Positions 42,361-52,555 of a DNA stretch of 64,000 nucleotides are shown one piece after another. Origin of the DNA: Clostridia bacterium. GTDB lineage: Bacteria; Bacillota; Clostridia; Christensenellales; CAG-138. The notes under the pieces were generated by a model, which did not search any database, was not told where the DNA came from, and was given only the letters and a program-made list of their open reading frames with translations. The first letter of the stretch is position 1. Every line of letters begins with the position of its first letter. Position numbers and translations under genes: made by a program. The stretch lies in contig JAFYOP010000001.1 in assembly GCA_017547885.1 (NCBI GenBank), forward strand, positions 1,500 through 65,499. Reading direction: 5' to 3'.

Positions 42361-43317
42361 ATGAGCTCCTTTAAAAGATGGTGCGTAAAGCAGTCCACCG
42401 CGCTGCTGCTCATACTGGTATGCCTGCTGATGATGGCGTTTTTATCGGTTGAAACCAGGTCGTTTTTTTCGGTAAAGAATGTTGTAAATATACTGGAGGC
42501 GAACTCCTATCGCCTGATATTGGCCGTGGGAATGATGTGCGCCATAGCCTCGGGAGCAATAGACTTGTCCATGGGCTCAATACTTTCCTTCAGCGCCATA
42601 TGCATGGCAAAGGCAATGAAGGCAGAGTGGTCTGTAGCGGGAAGCATAATGCTTTCTCTGGCGCTGGGCATGCTTATGGGCGCCGTAAACGGCTCGGTAA
42701 TACACCTTACCCGCATAAACGCTTTTATAATTACCCTTGCAACATCCATGCTGTACAGAGGATTGTCCCTTATAGCCACTCAGGGCATACCTATAACCAA
42801 GCTGCCCCAGCTGTTCAGAGAAATCGGCTGCGGAGATATATTTGGGATGGAGTCCGGCGTTACAATGGCGATAGTCATTACTGTGCTGCTGATACCATTG
42901 TTTTATCACACCAAGTGGGGCAGTTACGTAATGTCACTGGGCGGAAATCCCGAGGCGCTGAAGCGCAGCGGCGTGCCCATAGGATTGTATAGAGTATCCG
43001 TATTTGTGCTGACAGGGCTGCTGTCCGCTGTTGCCGGAATAATAGTGACCGCAAGGCTGAATTCCGCAGAGGCTAACGCAGGGCTCAGCATGGAGATGGA
43101 CGCAATATGCGCCGTTGTTATGGGAGGCACCGCCATGAGAGGCGGCAGCGGAAGCCTCTTGGGCACAGTTGTTGCGGTGTTTTTGATGGGCCTTATACGA
43201 AATGGCCTTACGATAATGAGCGTTTCTTCCTATTATCAGCAGTTCATTACCGGTGCCATGATGCTGTGCGCGGTAATAATTGCCGAAATGAGGGAACGCC
43301 GTACCCGTATAGGGTAA
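42361..43317 (+). CDS. ABC transporter permease (RbsC/branched sugar type)
   Basis: 318-aa polytopic ORF starting at the stop of the ATPase gene. Motif GGNPEALKRSGVP typical of the RbsC family. Confidence 0.85.
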   Translation: MSSFKRWCVKQSTALLLILVCLLMMAFLSVETRSFFSVKNVVNILEANSYRLILAVGMMCAIASGAIDLSMGSILSFSAICMAKAMKAEWSVAGSIMLSLALGMLMGAVNGSVIHLTRINAFIITLATSMLYRGLSLIATQGIPITKLPQLFREIGCGDIFGMESGVTMAIVITVLLIPLFYHTKWGSYVMSLGGNPEALKRSGVPIGLYRVSVFVLTGLLSAVAGIIVTARLNSAEANAGLSMEMDAICAVVMGGTAMRGGSGSLLGTVVAVFLMGLIRNGLTIMSVSSYYQQFITGAMMLCAVIIAEMRERRTRIG

Positions 43318-43381
43318 ATATTTTTTGCATATAAGGTACATTTCCTTATAAATAAAATCATTTTAACTGGAGGAATTTCCA

Positions 43382-44503
43382 ATGAAGAAGATCATGGCAT
43401 TTGCACTGGCTCTTGTTATGGCTATGTCCATGGCAGCCTGCGCTAAGCCCGCCGAAGCTCCCGTTGCTCCCGTTGAGGAAGCCCCCGTTGCTCCCGCTGA
43501 GGAAGCCCCCGTCGCTCCTGCTGAAGAAGCTCCCGCCGCTCCCGCAGTATCTGCCACCGTACAGAAGCTGTATGACGAGTTTGACGCCGCTATGGCTGAG
43601 CAGCTGGGCGCAATGCCCGAAAGCTTTGCTGAGCTGAAGGTCGGTGCTGTTGTTATCTCCCTCACCAATCCCTTCTGGGCAAACATGAAGGACTGCTATG
43701 AGGCAGCCGGCGCTGAGATGGGCGTTGCCATTGACGTTCAGACAGGTACCACCGAAGGCGATACCGCTTCCCAGCTGGATGTTCTCATGACCATGGCCGA
43801 TATGGATTACGATGTGATCATCGTTTCCCCCATTGACGGCACCAACCTGATCCCCGGCATCGTAAAGTGCAACGAAAATGGCGTTAAGGTTATCAACCTT
43901 GGCCCCGGCGTTGATACAGCCGCTCTGGAAGAGGCAGGCGGACATCTGGATGCCAAGATCACCGTTGACTTTGCCGAGCAGGGCGAAACCTGCGCTAACG
44001 ACATGATCGCACGTCTGCCCGAAGGCGGTCAGGTGGCTATCATCTCCGGTCTTGCAGGCGCAGGCCAGAGCGAAGGCCGTACCGCCGGCGCTAAGGAAGT
44101 TCTGGAAGCCGCAGAAGGCTTTGAGCTGGTAGCTGTACAGAACTGCGACTGGGATGCCACTCTGGCATACGATGCCGCAAAGGCTCTCATCACCGAGTAT
44201 CCCGAGCTGAAGGGCGTATTCTGCTGCAATGACACCATGGCTCTTGCCGTTAAGGAAGCTATGGCAGCCGAAGGCAAGGAAGGCGTTCTCATCTATGGCG
44301 TAGACCTTACCGATGACGCCCGCGCAGCCATCTCCGAAGGCACCATGACCGGCTCCATGTCTTACTCCAGCCAGCGTTACACCAAGGCCGCTCTCCAGAT
44401 GGCCGTAATGCTCAACGAGGGTCATGTATTTGAAAGCTTCGTATACCTCCCCCTGACTCTCGTTCACGTTGACAACGTAAACGACATGGAAGGCTGGAAG
44501 TAA
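43382..44503 (+). CDS. ABC transporter substrate-binding lipoprotein (RbsB/periplasmic-binding-protein type I)
   Basis: 373-aa ORF after TGGAGGA. Lipobox MSMAAC, a linker with (EEAPVAPA)x3 repeats, then a PBP type-I fold (VISLTNPFW..IIVSPIDG..FCCNDTMALA). Confidence 0.85.
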   Translation: MKKIMAFALALVMAMSMAACAKPAEAPVAPVEEAPVAPAEEAPVAPAEEAPAAPAVSATVQKLYDEFDAAMAEQLGAMPESFAELKVGAVVISLTNPFWANMKDCYEAAGAEMGVAIDVQTGTTEGDTASQLDVLMTMADMDYDVIIVSPIDGTNLIPGIVKCNENGVKVINLGPGVDTAALEEAGGHLDAKITVDFAEQGETCANDMIARLPEGGQVAIISGLAGAGQSEGRTAGAKEVLEAAEGFELVAVQNCDWDATLAYDAAKALITEYPELKGVFCCNDTMALAVKEAMAAEGKEGVLIYGVDLTDDARAAISEGTMTGSMSYSSQRYTKAALQMAVMLNEGHVFESFVYLPLTLVHVDNVNDMEGWK

Positions 44504-44505
44504 AG

Positions 44506-45279
44506 ATGAAATTCCTTGTGGAAACCTGCCTGCTTACTCATGGGCTCAAGTCTGTTACGGACGAGCTGCTCCTTGCGGAATGGCCCAAGGATATTGACTG
44601 TATAGCATGGGTAGATAGAGGCAGGGCCCGCATAGGCGGCGTTGAGGAATATATACCCTTTCGCAGCAGAGAGGACATAATCCGTATAGACAGGGACAAG
44701 CTGCCCATGGCCCTCTCCCAGGGCATGTCCGGCCCCCTTACCGCCTCAGGCACAATGGCCCTGGCTGAGAGCATGGGAATATCCCTTGCGGTCAGCTGCG
44801 GCATAGGCGGCCTGTGCGATATAAGGGGCGAAGAGCTTTGTCCTGACCTTCCCGCCATTGCAGAGATGCCGGTAACGCTGCTTGCCACCGCCTTTAAGGA
44901 TATGCTGGATATATCCGGTTCGGTGGAATGGCTGCGTAGCCACGGCGCAAAGGTGCTGGGCGTAAACAGCGGCCGCTGCACAGGATATCTGTTCAGCAGT
45001 GCTGATGTTCAGCTGGACGGTGTGCTGGAAAATGATACTCTCCCTCAGTGTGGCGGTATGCTTGTGCTGAATCCTATTCCCGAAAAGGACAGGATTCAGG
45101 ATATATCCCTGCTTCAGCAGGGCATAGCTGCCGGCAAGGCTGAGGAGGCCAGAGGAGGATACTATCATCCTGCTGCCAATGCAGAGTTTGACAGGCTGAC
45201 TGATGGGGAAATATCCCGCATACAGCTTCGCTCTATTATTGCAAACGCACAGCTTGCGGGCAAGCTTATTCAAGGATAA
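44506..45279 (+). CDS. Divergent, shortened pseudouridine-5'-phosphate glycosidase (PsuG/IndA) family protein
   Basis: 257-aa ORF. Alignable by eye to E. coli YeiN blocks: VETCLLTHG vs LESTIISHG, SCGIGGL vs TGGIGGV, LLATAFKDMLD vs VVCAGAKSILD, GGMLVLNPIPEK vs GGLVVANPIPEQ. Confidence 0.6.
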   Translation: MKFLVETCLLTHGLKSVTDELLLAEWPKDIDCIAWVDRGRARIGGVEEYIPFRSREDIIRIDRDKLPMALSQGMSGPLTASGTMALAESMGISLAVSCGIGGLCDIRGEELCPDLPAIAEMPVTLLATAFKDMLDISGSVEWLRSHGAKVLGVNSGRCTGYLFSSADVQLDGVLENDTLPQCGGMLVLNPIPEKDRIQDISLLQQGIAAGKAEEARGGYYHPAANAEFDRLTDGEISRIQLRSIIANAQLAGKLIQG

Positions 45280-45298
45280 CGCTTAACAGCAATCGCGG

Positions 45299-45331
45299 CG
45301 CCCCTGCCCAAAATGGCAGGGGCGTTATATT
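45299..45331 (+). terminator. Intrinsic terminator after the ABC/PsuG-like operon
   Basis: CGCCCCTGCC-CAAAAT-GGCAGGGGCG followed by TTATATT. Confidence 0.7.
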
Positions 45332-45473
45332 GTAAGGGGGATCCTCTGCGTGATAAAATTCCCTGTCAAAATATCGCAGAAAATACTTGCTTTTTCTCTG
45401 CTGCTGTTGTATTATATTTAAGTCCGCAATGCGGAAAACAAAATAGCAAATATCCTTAGACCTAGGAAATCGT

Positions 45474-45564
45474 GGAGAGATGGCTGAGTTGGTCGAAGGC
45501 GCACGACTGGAAATCGTGTAGTGCAGGAATGTACTCAAGGGTTCGAATCCCTTTCTCTCCGCCA
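45474..45564 (+). tRNA. tRNA-Ser (anticodon GGA), class II with a long variable arm, CCA encoded
   Basis: GGAGAGA acceptor pairs with TCTCTCC. The anticodon loop is CTGGAAA. The T-arm is AAGGGTTCGAATCCCTT, and the 3' end is GCCA. A possible promoter TTGCTT-17-TATTAT lies at 45387..45415. Confidence 0.9.
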
Positions 45565-45568
45565 AACA

Positions 45569-45598
45569 AAAAAGACACTACAAGAGAGTGTCTTTTTT
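45569..45598 (+). terminator. Intrinsic terminator after tRNA-Ser
   Basis: AAAAAGACACTC-TACAA-GAGTGTCTTTTTT. Confidence 0.85.
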
Positions 45599-45626
45599 GT
45601 ATGTAAAGAGCAATATTCAAGAAAAC

Positions 45627-45658
45627 TAAAACACCCTGCTGTGGGCAGGGTGTTTTTT
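45627..45658 (-). terminator. Intrinsic terminator ending the pur-guaB-fhs gene string
   Basis: AAAACACCCTGC-TGTG-GCAGGGTGTTTTTT, usable in both directions. Confidence 0.8.
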
Positions 45659-45672
45659 GAGTATGTACGGCT

Positions 45673-47340
45673 TTAGAACAGGCCGGTGATGGTGCCGAAT
45701 TCGTCCACGTCTATCTTTTCTGCGGCGGGCACCTTGGGAAGACCGGGCATGGTCATAATATCGCCTGTGAGGGCCACAAGGAAGCCCGCGCCGGCGGATA
45801 CCTTAATGTTGCGTACGGTAACGGTAAAGCCCTCGGGAGCGCCCAGAAGGGTCTGATCATCGGAGAAGGAGTACTGGGTCTTTGCCATGCAGATAGGCAG
45901 CCTGCCAAAGCCCTGAGCCTCCAGCTGAGCCATCTGCTTCTTTGCGTTGGCGATCAGCTGTACGCCATCCGCCCTGTATACGCGGGTGCAGATGTCGTTA
46001 AGCTTCTTTTCAATGGGATCCTCCGCATCGTAGGCAAAGCGGAAATCATTGGGCTGCTCACAAAGGCGTACCACTTCCTCTGCAAGGGCAATGCCGCCCT
46101 CGCCGCCCTTTGCCCATACTTCGGACAGGGCAACGTTTACGCCCAGCTCACGGCACTTATCCTCCACCAGCTTAAGCTCGGCGGCGGTGTCGGTGGGGAA
46201 TGCGTTTATGGCTACTACGCAGGGCAGGCCGTATACATCCTTGATGTTGGATACATGGCGCAGCAGGTTTGGCATGCCGGCTTCCAGAGCTCGGAGGTTT
46301 TCATTGTTCAGCTCAGCCTTGGGTACGCCGCCGTGATTCTTAAGGGCGCGCACAGTGGCAACTATAACTACCGCGTCAGGCTTGAGCCCTGCAAGGCGAC
46401 ACTTGATGTCCAGGAATTTTTCAGCGCCAAGGTCAGCGCCAAAGCCGGCTTCGGTAACGGTGTAATCCGCAAGACGCATCGCGATGCGGGTGGCCATTAC
46501 GGAGTTGCAGCCGTGGGCTATATTGGCAAAGGGGCCGCCGTGTACAAGGGCGGGAGTGCCCTCAAGGGTCTGAACAAGGTTGGGCTTAAGGGCATCCTTG
46601 AGCAATGCTGTCATTGCGCCGTCTGCCTTAAGGTCCTTTGCGGTTACGGGCTTATCCTCAAAGGTATAAGCCACCACCATGCGGCCCAGACGTGCCTTCA
46701 GATCCATAATGTCAGAAGCAAGGCAAAGCACTGCCATTACCTCGGAGGCAACGGTAATATCAAAGCCGTCCTCACGGGGAACGCCCTGCATCCTGCCGCC
46801 AAGGCCGTCTATAACGTTTCTCAGCTGTCTGTCGTTCATATCCACGCAGCGCTTCCATACTATGCGCTTTACGTCGATGCCAAGCTGATTACCCTGCTGA
46901 ATGTGGTTGTCCAGCATTGCGGCAAGGAGGTTGTTGGCTGCGCCTATGGCGTGGAAGTCACCGGTGAAGTGCAGGTTGATATCCTCCATGGGAACGACCT
47001 GAGCGTAGCCGCCGCCGGCCGCGCCGCCCTTAACGCCGAATACGGGGCCAAGGGAGGGCTCGCGGAGGGCTACCATTACGTTTTTATTCAGCTTCTTCAG
47101 GCCGTCTGCAAGGCCAACGGTGGTGGTGGTCTTGCCTTCCCCTGCGGGGGTGGGGTTGATGGCGGTAACAAGTATCAACTTGCCGTCGGCGTTGGTGTTT
47201 TCACGGAGCAGACGGTAGTCTATCTTTGCCTTGTGGTTGCCGTACAGCTCAATGTACTCGGGAGCAATGCCCGCGGTCTCTGCTATCTGGGTAATATGAC
47301 GGGGCTTACATGCCTGTGCTATCTGGATATCGGTCAACAT
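45673..47340 (-). CDS. fhs: Formate--tetrahydrofolate ligase
   Basis: Track ORF 45673..47493, start set at ATG 47340 (MLTDIQIAQ). Motifs [15 protein letters not shown] and [24 protein letters not shown]. Confidence 0.95.
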   Translation of the reverse strand: MLTDIQIAQACKPRHITQIAETAGIAPEYIELYGNHKAKIDYRLLRENTNADGKLILVTAINPTPAGEGKTTTTVGLADGLKKLNKNVMVALREPSLGPVFGVKGGAAGGGYAQVVPMEDINLHFTGDFHAIGAANNLLAAMLDNHIQQGNQLGIDVKRIVWKRCVDMNDRQLRNVIDGLGGRMQGVPREDGFDITVASEVMAVLCLASDIMDLKARLGRMVVAYTFEDKPVTAKDLKADGAMTALLKDALKPNLVQTLEGTPALVHGGPFANIAHGCNSVMATRIAMRLADYTVTEAGFGADLGAEKFLDIKCRLAGLKPDAVVIVATVRALKNHGGVPKAELNNENLRALEAGMPNLLRHVSNIKDVYGLPCVVAINAFPTDTAAELKLVEDKCRELGVNVALSEVWAKGGEGGIALAEEVVRLCEQPNDFRFAYDAEDPIEKKLNDICTRVYRADGVQLIANAKKQMAQLEAQGFGRLPICMAKTQYSFSDDQTLLGAPEGFTVTVRNIKVSAGAGFLVALTGDIMTMPGLPKVPAAEKIDVDEFGTITGLF

Positions 47341-47360
47341 GCGATGGTTCCTCCTTATAT

Positions 47361-48869
47361 TTAAGACTGGCTGCCGGTGGTGGTGCGCAGTGTTACGTCG
47401 TGATAGCCGCCCTCTACGATGGAGGTGGCGGATACACGGGTTATGCGGGCCTCTGCCTGCAGCTGAGGTATGGAGGTAACGCCGCAGTTGCACATGGTGG
47501 ACTTTACCTTGTAAAGGCTCTTTTCAACGTTATCGTGGAGGGAGCCTGCATAGGTAACGTAGGAGTCAACGCCCTCTTCAAAGGCCAGCTTGTTTTTGCC
47601 GCCCAGATCGTAGCGCTGCCAGTTGCGGGCGCGGTTGGAGCCCTCTCCCCAGTATTCCTTAACGTATACGCCGTTTACAAGGAGCTTGTTGGTGGGGGAT
47701 TCGTCAAAGCGGGCAAAGTAGCGGCCCAGCATCAGGAAGTCAGCACCCATTGCAAGGGCAAGGGTCATGTGATAATCATGTACGATACCGCCGTCGGAGC
47801 AGATGGGTACGTAAATGCCGGTCTCCTTGAAGTATTCGTCACGGGCAGCGGCAACCTCTATTACAGAGGTGGCCTGACCGCGGCCGATGCCTTTGGTTTC
47901 GCGGGTTATGCAAATGGAACCGCCGCCGATGCCAACCTTTACAAAGTCTGCGCCTGCTTCTGCAAGGAAGCGGAAACCATCCTTATCAACAACGTTGCCT
48001 GCGCCGATCTTAACGGAATCGCCGTACTTTTCACGGACGAAGTCGATGGTCTTCTTCTGCCAGAAGGAGTAGCCCTCGGAGGAATCGATGCACAGCACGT
48101 CAGCTCCGGCCTCAACCAATGCGGGGATACGCTCTGCAAAGTCGCGGGAGTTTACGCCTGCGCCGACAAGATAGCGCTTGTCCGCATCCTGCAGGCTGAG
48201 GGGGCGCTCCTTATGCTCGGAGTAGTCCTTGCGGAATACGAAATACATAAGGCAGTCGTTTTCATCCACTATGGGCAGGGAATTGAGCTTGTTATCCCAG
48301 ATGATATCGTTTGCTTCCTTAAGGGAGGTGCCTGCGGGGGCAACGATAAGCTTCTCACGGGGAGTCATGAACTCGCGGACGGGCACATCGGTGCTCATGC
48401 GGGATACGCGGTAATCACGGCCGGTAACGATGCCTAAAAGCTTGCCGTTGGGCTCTGCGTTTTCGGTTATGGCTACGGTGGAGAAGCCCTTTTCTTCCTT
48501 AAGCTTCAGCACGTCCGCAAGGGTATGGTCGGGGGTAAGGTTGGATGCGCTTACAACAAAGCCTGCCTTGTGGCTCTTTACCCTGCGAACCATAGCAGCC
48601 TGAGACTCTATGGACTGGGAACCGAATATAAAGGAGATACCGCCTTCCTTGGCAAGGGCTATCGCAAGAGTGTCGTTGGACACGGACTGCATTATGGCGG
48701 ATACCATGGGGATATTAAGGCTGATGGGGCATTCCTCCTGACCCTTGCGGTACTTTACCAGAGGGGTCTTAAGGGATACCTTATCAGGTACGCAGTTTTC
48801 ATCGGTATAACCGGGCACCAGCAGATACTCGCTGAAAGTATGGGATGGTTCGGGATAGTAGTATGCCAT
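47361..48869 (-). CDS. guaB: IMP dehydrogenase (CBS-pair containing form)
   Basis: 502-aa ORF after AAGGAGGAG. Motifs [22 protein letters not shown] and CSDGGI. Confidence 0.8.
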   Translation of the reverse strand: MAYYYPEPSHTFSEYLLVPGYTDENCVPDKVSLKTPLVKYRKGQEECPISLNIPMVSAIMQSVSNDTLAIALAKEGGISFIFGSQSIESQAAMVRRVKSHKAGFVVSASNLTPDHTLADVLKLKEEKGFSTVAITENAEPNGKLLGIVTGRDYRVSRMSTDVPVREFMTPREKLIVAPAGTSLKEANDIIWDNKLNSLPIVDENDCLMYFVFRKDYSEHKERPLSLQDADKRYLVGAGVNSRDFAERIPALVEAGADVLCIDSSEGYSFWQKKTIDFVREKYGDSVKIGAGNVVDKDGFRFLAEAGADFVKVGIGGGSICITRETKGIGRGQATSVIEVAAARDEYFKETGIYVPICSDGGIVHDYHMTLALAMGADFLMLGRYFARFDESPTNKLLVNGVYVKEYWGEGSNRARNWQRYDLGGKNKLAFEEGVDSYVTYAGSLHDNVEKSLYKVKSTMCNCGVTSIPQLQAEARITRVSATSIVEGGYHDVTLRTTTGSQS

Positions 48870-48885
48870 TTAATGTATCTCCTCC

Positions 48886-51800
48886 TTATTTAAAGTATTT
48901 TACGGCGGAAGCAAACAGCTTCATATCAAATTCGCCGGGTACATTTTTGTAAAGGTTTGCGCCAATGCGCTCGGAATGGCCCATCTTGCCCAGTACTCGT
49001 CCGTCGGGAGAGGTGATGCCTTCAATGGCGCATACAGAGCCGTTGGGATTGTAGGCGGTCAGCATGGAGGGCTTGCCTTCCATGTCCACATACTGGGTGG
49101 CTATCTGGCCGTTGGCCTCAAGCTGCTTCACCAGTTCATCGGAGGCGATGAACCTGCCCTCGCCGTGGGAAATGGGTATGGTGTAAACTTCGCCCACATT
49201 CAGGCTGCTGAACCAGGGGGACTTGGCGGAGCATACGCGGGTACGCACAAGGCCGGACTGGTGGCGGCCGATGGTGTTATAGGTAAGTGTGGGGAAGGAA
49301 GCATCGGTATCCAAAATCTTTCCGAAAGGCACGAGACCCAGCTTGATAAGGGCCTGGAAACCGTTGCAGATGCCCAGCATAAGGCCATCACGCTGATCCA
49401 GCAGAGTCTGTACCTGTTCCTTTACAGCGGGGCTCCTGAGGAATGCGGTGATGAATTTGGCAGAGCCGTCGGGCTCGTCGCCGCCGGAGAAACCACCGGG
49501 CAGTATCAGCATCTGGGATGCCTTAAGGGCTTTTGCAAAGTCCTCTACGCTGCTGCTTACATCGGATGCGGTAAGGTTGCGTATTACGAATATCTCAGCC
49601 TCGCCGCCTGCTTCCATAAGGGCACGGGCGGTGTCGAATTCGCAGTTTGTGCCGGGGAATACAGGGATAAGGGCCTTGGGCTTTGCAAGCTTCACATTGG
49701 AAGAAATTGCGCAGGGCTTGTCATATGCAAAGGCGGGTACTTCGCCTTCGTCCTTTGTCCTGGTGGGGTATACGTCCTCCAGCACTGCCTCGTTGATGGC
49801 AAGCAGCTCCTCTGCCTTTGCGCTGTCATTGCCGATAGTGATCACGCTGTCATCGGCGGTAACGCCCAGCAGGGATGCGCAGGGTACGGATACTTCTTCG
49901 GCAAGCTCTGCTATGATGGCGCCGGGCATGGGAGCGTACCAGTCAAGGTCAGCCTTGGCGGCAAAGCCTATGCCGTTGCCGAATGACATTTTCATAATGC
50001 CTTCGCTTACGCTCTGCTCAACAGCCCATGCGGACTTTACCTTGCCGGCCTTGCAGAGCTCATGGAAAGCTTCCCATGCAGCCTTGGTGTCTTCGCCTGC
50101 AAAGAGGTATACGGGATGGCCCGCATCTTTAAACTCGGGGCTGATCACATCCTCAGCCAGCACAGGACATACCGCAAAGGAGATAAGCGTGGGAGGAACA
50201 TCCATATCCATAAAGGAACCGGACATGGAATCCTTGCCGCCGATGGCAGCTGCGCCCAGTTCCAGCTGAGCATCCAGAGCGCCAAGGAGTGCGGCAAAGG
50301 GCTTGCCCCAACGCTCAGGCTTATCCTTCAGCCGCTCAAAGAACTCCTGGAAGGAAAGGTATGCCTTGGTATAGTCTGCGCCTGCGGCAACCAGCTTTGC
50401 CATGGAGGTGTAAACTGCGCCGTGTGCTCCGTCATAGGGAGATGTGGAAAGGGTCTCGGGATCACAGCCCCATGCCATCAGGCTGCCCTGAGAGGTATGC
50501 CTGCCGGGGAGCACGGGCAGCAATGCTGCCATTGCCTGGGTGGGGGTGCGCTGGGTCTTGCCGCCAAAGGGCATAAGCAGAGAGCCCGCGCCTATGGTGC
50601 TGTCAAAGCGCTCCATAAGGCCTCTGCGGCCTGCACAGGCGAGGCTGCCCGCCATGTCACGGAGGGAGGTGAACCTGGGGGCGGTAAGGCCGCTGCGCTC
50701 TACTGCGGCAACAGCTACGTTTGCATGTTTTACTGCGCCATTGGTGCTGAGGAATTCGCGGGAAAGGTCTGCAATGGTGCTGCCCTTCCACTTCATCACC
50801 ATGCGCTCCTCTTCGGTAACGGTGGCTACAACGTATGCCTCAAGGTTTTCCTTCTGTGCGGCAGCTATGAATGCATCCACATTCTCGGGAGCCACTACAA
50901 CAGCCATGCGCTCCTGGGATTCTGAAATAGCCAGCTCGGTGCCGTCAAGGCCCTCGTACTTTTTGCGCACGGCATCAAGGTCGATGGTAAGACCGTCTGC
51001 CAGCTCGCCTATGGCAACGCTTACGCCGCCGGCGCCAAAGTCGTTGCAGCGCTTTATAAGGCGGGTAACATCGCCATCGCGGAACAGGCGCTGTATCTTT
51101 CGTTCTTCGGGGGCGTTGCCCTTCTGAACTTCGCTGGCCATGGTGGTCAGGGACTTTTTATTGTGGGATTTGGAGGAGCCGGTGGCGCCGCCAATGCCGT
51201 CACGGCCGGTGCGGCCGCCCAGCAGTATAACAACATCGCCGGGGGCGGGGCGTTCACGCACTACGTTTTCCGCGGGGGCTGCGGCAACTACCGCGCCGCA
51301 TTCAAGGCGCTTTGCCACATAGCCGGGATGATATACTTCCGCAACGTGGCCGGTAGCAAGGCCTATCTGGTTGCCGTAGGAGGAGTAGCCCGCCGCGGCA
51401 GTCTGGGCCAGCCTGCGCTGGGGCAGCTTACCCTCAAGGGTATCCTGCAGCGCGGTGCGGGGGTCGCCGCCGCCGGTAAAGCGCATTGCCTGATGCACAT
51501 ATGCTCGGCCGGAGAGGGGATCACGAATGCAGCCGCCGATGCAGGTGGCCGCTCCGCCAAAGGGCTCTATCTCTGTGGGGTGGTTATGGGTCTCGTTTTT
51601 GAACATCAGCAGCCAGTCTTCATCCACGCCGTCAACCTTGGCGTTTACGCGGATGGAGCAGGCGTTTATCTCTTCGCTCTCGTCCAGCTCAGGCAGCATG
51701 CCCCTCTTCTTGAGGGTCTTTGCGCCTATGGTTGCGATGTCCATAAGGGTCTGGGGGCGCTTTGCGGCCTTCTCCTCACCGTATACCTCTATCCTTGCGT

Positions 51801-52554
51801 CAAGATAGCGCTGATATGCGGCCTTAACAGCCTCATCCTCAATGGAAATGCTGTCCAGATGGGTGGAGAAGGTGGTATGGCGGCAGTGATCAGACCAGTA
51901 GGTATCCACCAGACGTATCTCGGTAATGGTGGGATCACGGCGCTCGGTGTCACGGAAATAGCCCTGCAGGAAGCGCAGGTCGTCAATATCCATGGCAAGG
52001 CCAAGGGTGCTGAGCAGCTCGGCAAGGCCGTTGTCATCAAGGGCGGTAAAGCCTTCAACGGTCATAACGGAATCCGGCTGAACATAGTCCACATGCAGGG
52101 TCTCGGGCTTGTCCAGAGAGGCCTCACGGGATTCTACGGGGTTTATCATGTGGCGGCGTACAGCATCCAGCTCCTGCTGAGAAAGCTCGCCATAGAGGGC
52201 GTATACCTTTGCGCAGCGCACTGCGGGGCGCTCGCCCTGGCTCAGCAGCTGTATGCACTGGGCGGCAGAGTCTGCACGCTGATCAAACTGACCGGGCAGT
52301 GCTTCCACCGCAAACACGGCAGCCGCATCGGAAAGGTCCATTTCTTCAGAACATACATCCACAGGAGGCTCGGAAAAAACGGTGGTTTTAGCATAGTCAA
52401 ACAGCTCCTTATCAATGCCCTCTACGTCATAGCGGTTGAGAACACGGATAGAAGTTAGGCCGGATATGCCCAGAAATCCACGGCACTCGTTCAGAAGGCC
52501 TGAGGCTTCTGCGGATATTCCGGGCTTCTTTTCTACAAATACTCTGAATACCAT
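48886..52554 (-). CDS. purL: Phosphoribosylformylglycinamidine synthase, single-chain large form
   Basis: Track ORF 48886..52575, start set at ATG 52554 (MVFRVFVEKKPG). About 1220 aa with a C-terminal glutaminase domain (GICNGFQ..HSER). Confidence 0.95.
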   Translation of the reverse strand: MVFRVFVEKKPGISAEASGLLNECRGFLGISGLTSIRVLNRYDVEGIDKELFDYAKTTVFSEPPVDVCSEEMDLSDAAAVFAVEALPGQFDQRADSAAQCIQLLSQGERPAVRCAKVYALYGELSQQELDAVRRHMINPVESREASLDKPETLHVDYVQPDSVMTVEGFTALDDNGLAELLSTLGLAMDIDDLRFLQGYFRDTERRDPTITEIRLVDTYWSDHCRHTTFSTHLDSISIEDEAVKAAYQRYLDARIEVYGEEKAAKRPQTLMDIATIGAKTLKKRGMLPELDESEEINACSIRVNAKVDGVDEDWLLMFKNETHNHPTEIEPFGGAATCIGGCIRDPLSGRAYVHQAMRFTGGGDPRTALQDTLEGKLPQRRLAQTAAAGYSSYGNQIGLATGHVAEVYHPGYVAKRLECGAVVAAAPAENVVRERPAPGDVVILLGGRTGRDGIGGATGSSKSHNKKSLTTMASEVQKGNAPEERKIQRLFRDGDVTRLIKRCNDFGAGGVSVAIGELADGLTIDLDAVRKKYEGLDGTELAISESQERMAVVVAPENVDAFIAAAQKENLEAYVVATVTEEERMVMKWKGSTIADLSREFLSTNGAVKHANVAVAAVERSGLTAPRFTSLRDMAGSLACAGRRGLMERFDSTIGAGSLLMPFGGKTQRTPTQAMAALLPVLPGRHTSQGSLMAWGCDPETLSTSPYDGAHGAVYTSMAKLVAAGADYTKAYLSFQEFFERLKDKPERWGKPFAALLGALDAQLELGAAAIGGKDSMSGSFMDMDVPPTLISFAVCPVLAEDVISPEFKDAGHPVYLFAGEDTKAAWEAFHELCKAGKVKSAWAVEQSVSEGIMKMSFGNGIGFAAKADLDWYAPMPGAIIAELAEEVSVPCASLLGVTADDSVITIGNDSAKAEELLAINEAVLEDVYPTRTKDEGEVPAFAYDKPCAISSNVKLAKPKALIPVFPGTNCEFDTARALMEAGGEAEIFVIRNLTASDVSSSVEDFAKALKASQMLILPGGFSGGDEPDGSAKFITAFLRSPAVKEQVQTLLDQRDGLMLGICNGFQALIKLGLVPFGKILDTDASFPTLTYNTIGRHQSGLVRTRVCSAKSPWFSSLNVGEVYTIPISHGEGRFIASDELVKQLEANGQIATQYVDMEGKPSMLTAYNPNGSVCAIEGITSPDGRVLGKMGHSERIGANLYKNVPGEFDMKLFASAVKYFK

Positions 52555-52555
52555 A

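Noticed and set aside
43430-43540. The tandem 24-bp repeat (GAGGAAGCCCCCGTTGCTCCCGCT x3) at the 5' end of the binding-protein gene, as a possible regulatory repeat.
   Set aside because: It is in frame and encodes an (EEAPVAPA)n flexible linker between the lipobox and the folded domain. This is an ordinary lipoprotein tether.
45280-45672. A replication terminus or dif site at the switch from mainly plus-strand genes (left) to an unbroken minus-strand block (right). ATTTCCTAGG at about 45455..45470 (minus strand) and TATATGTAAAC at about 62033..62046 weakly recall the arms of Firmicute dif.
   Set aside because: Neither site has both 11-bp arms with a 6-bp spacer. The matches are 8-9 nt on one arm only. 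The strand switch is explained well enough by convergent operons with back-to-back terminators. GC-skew was not computed.
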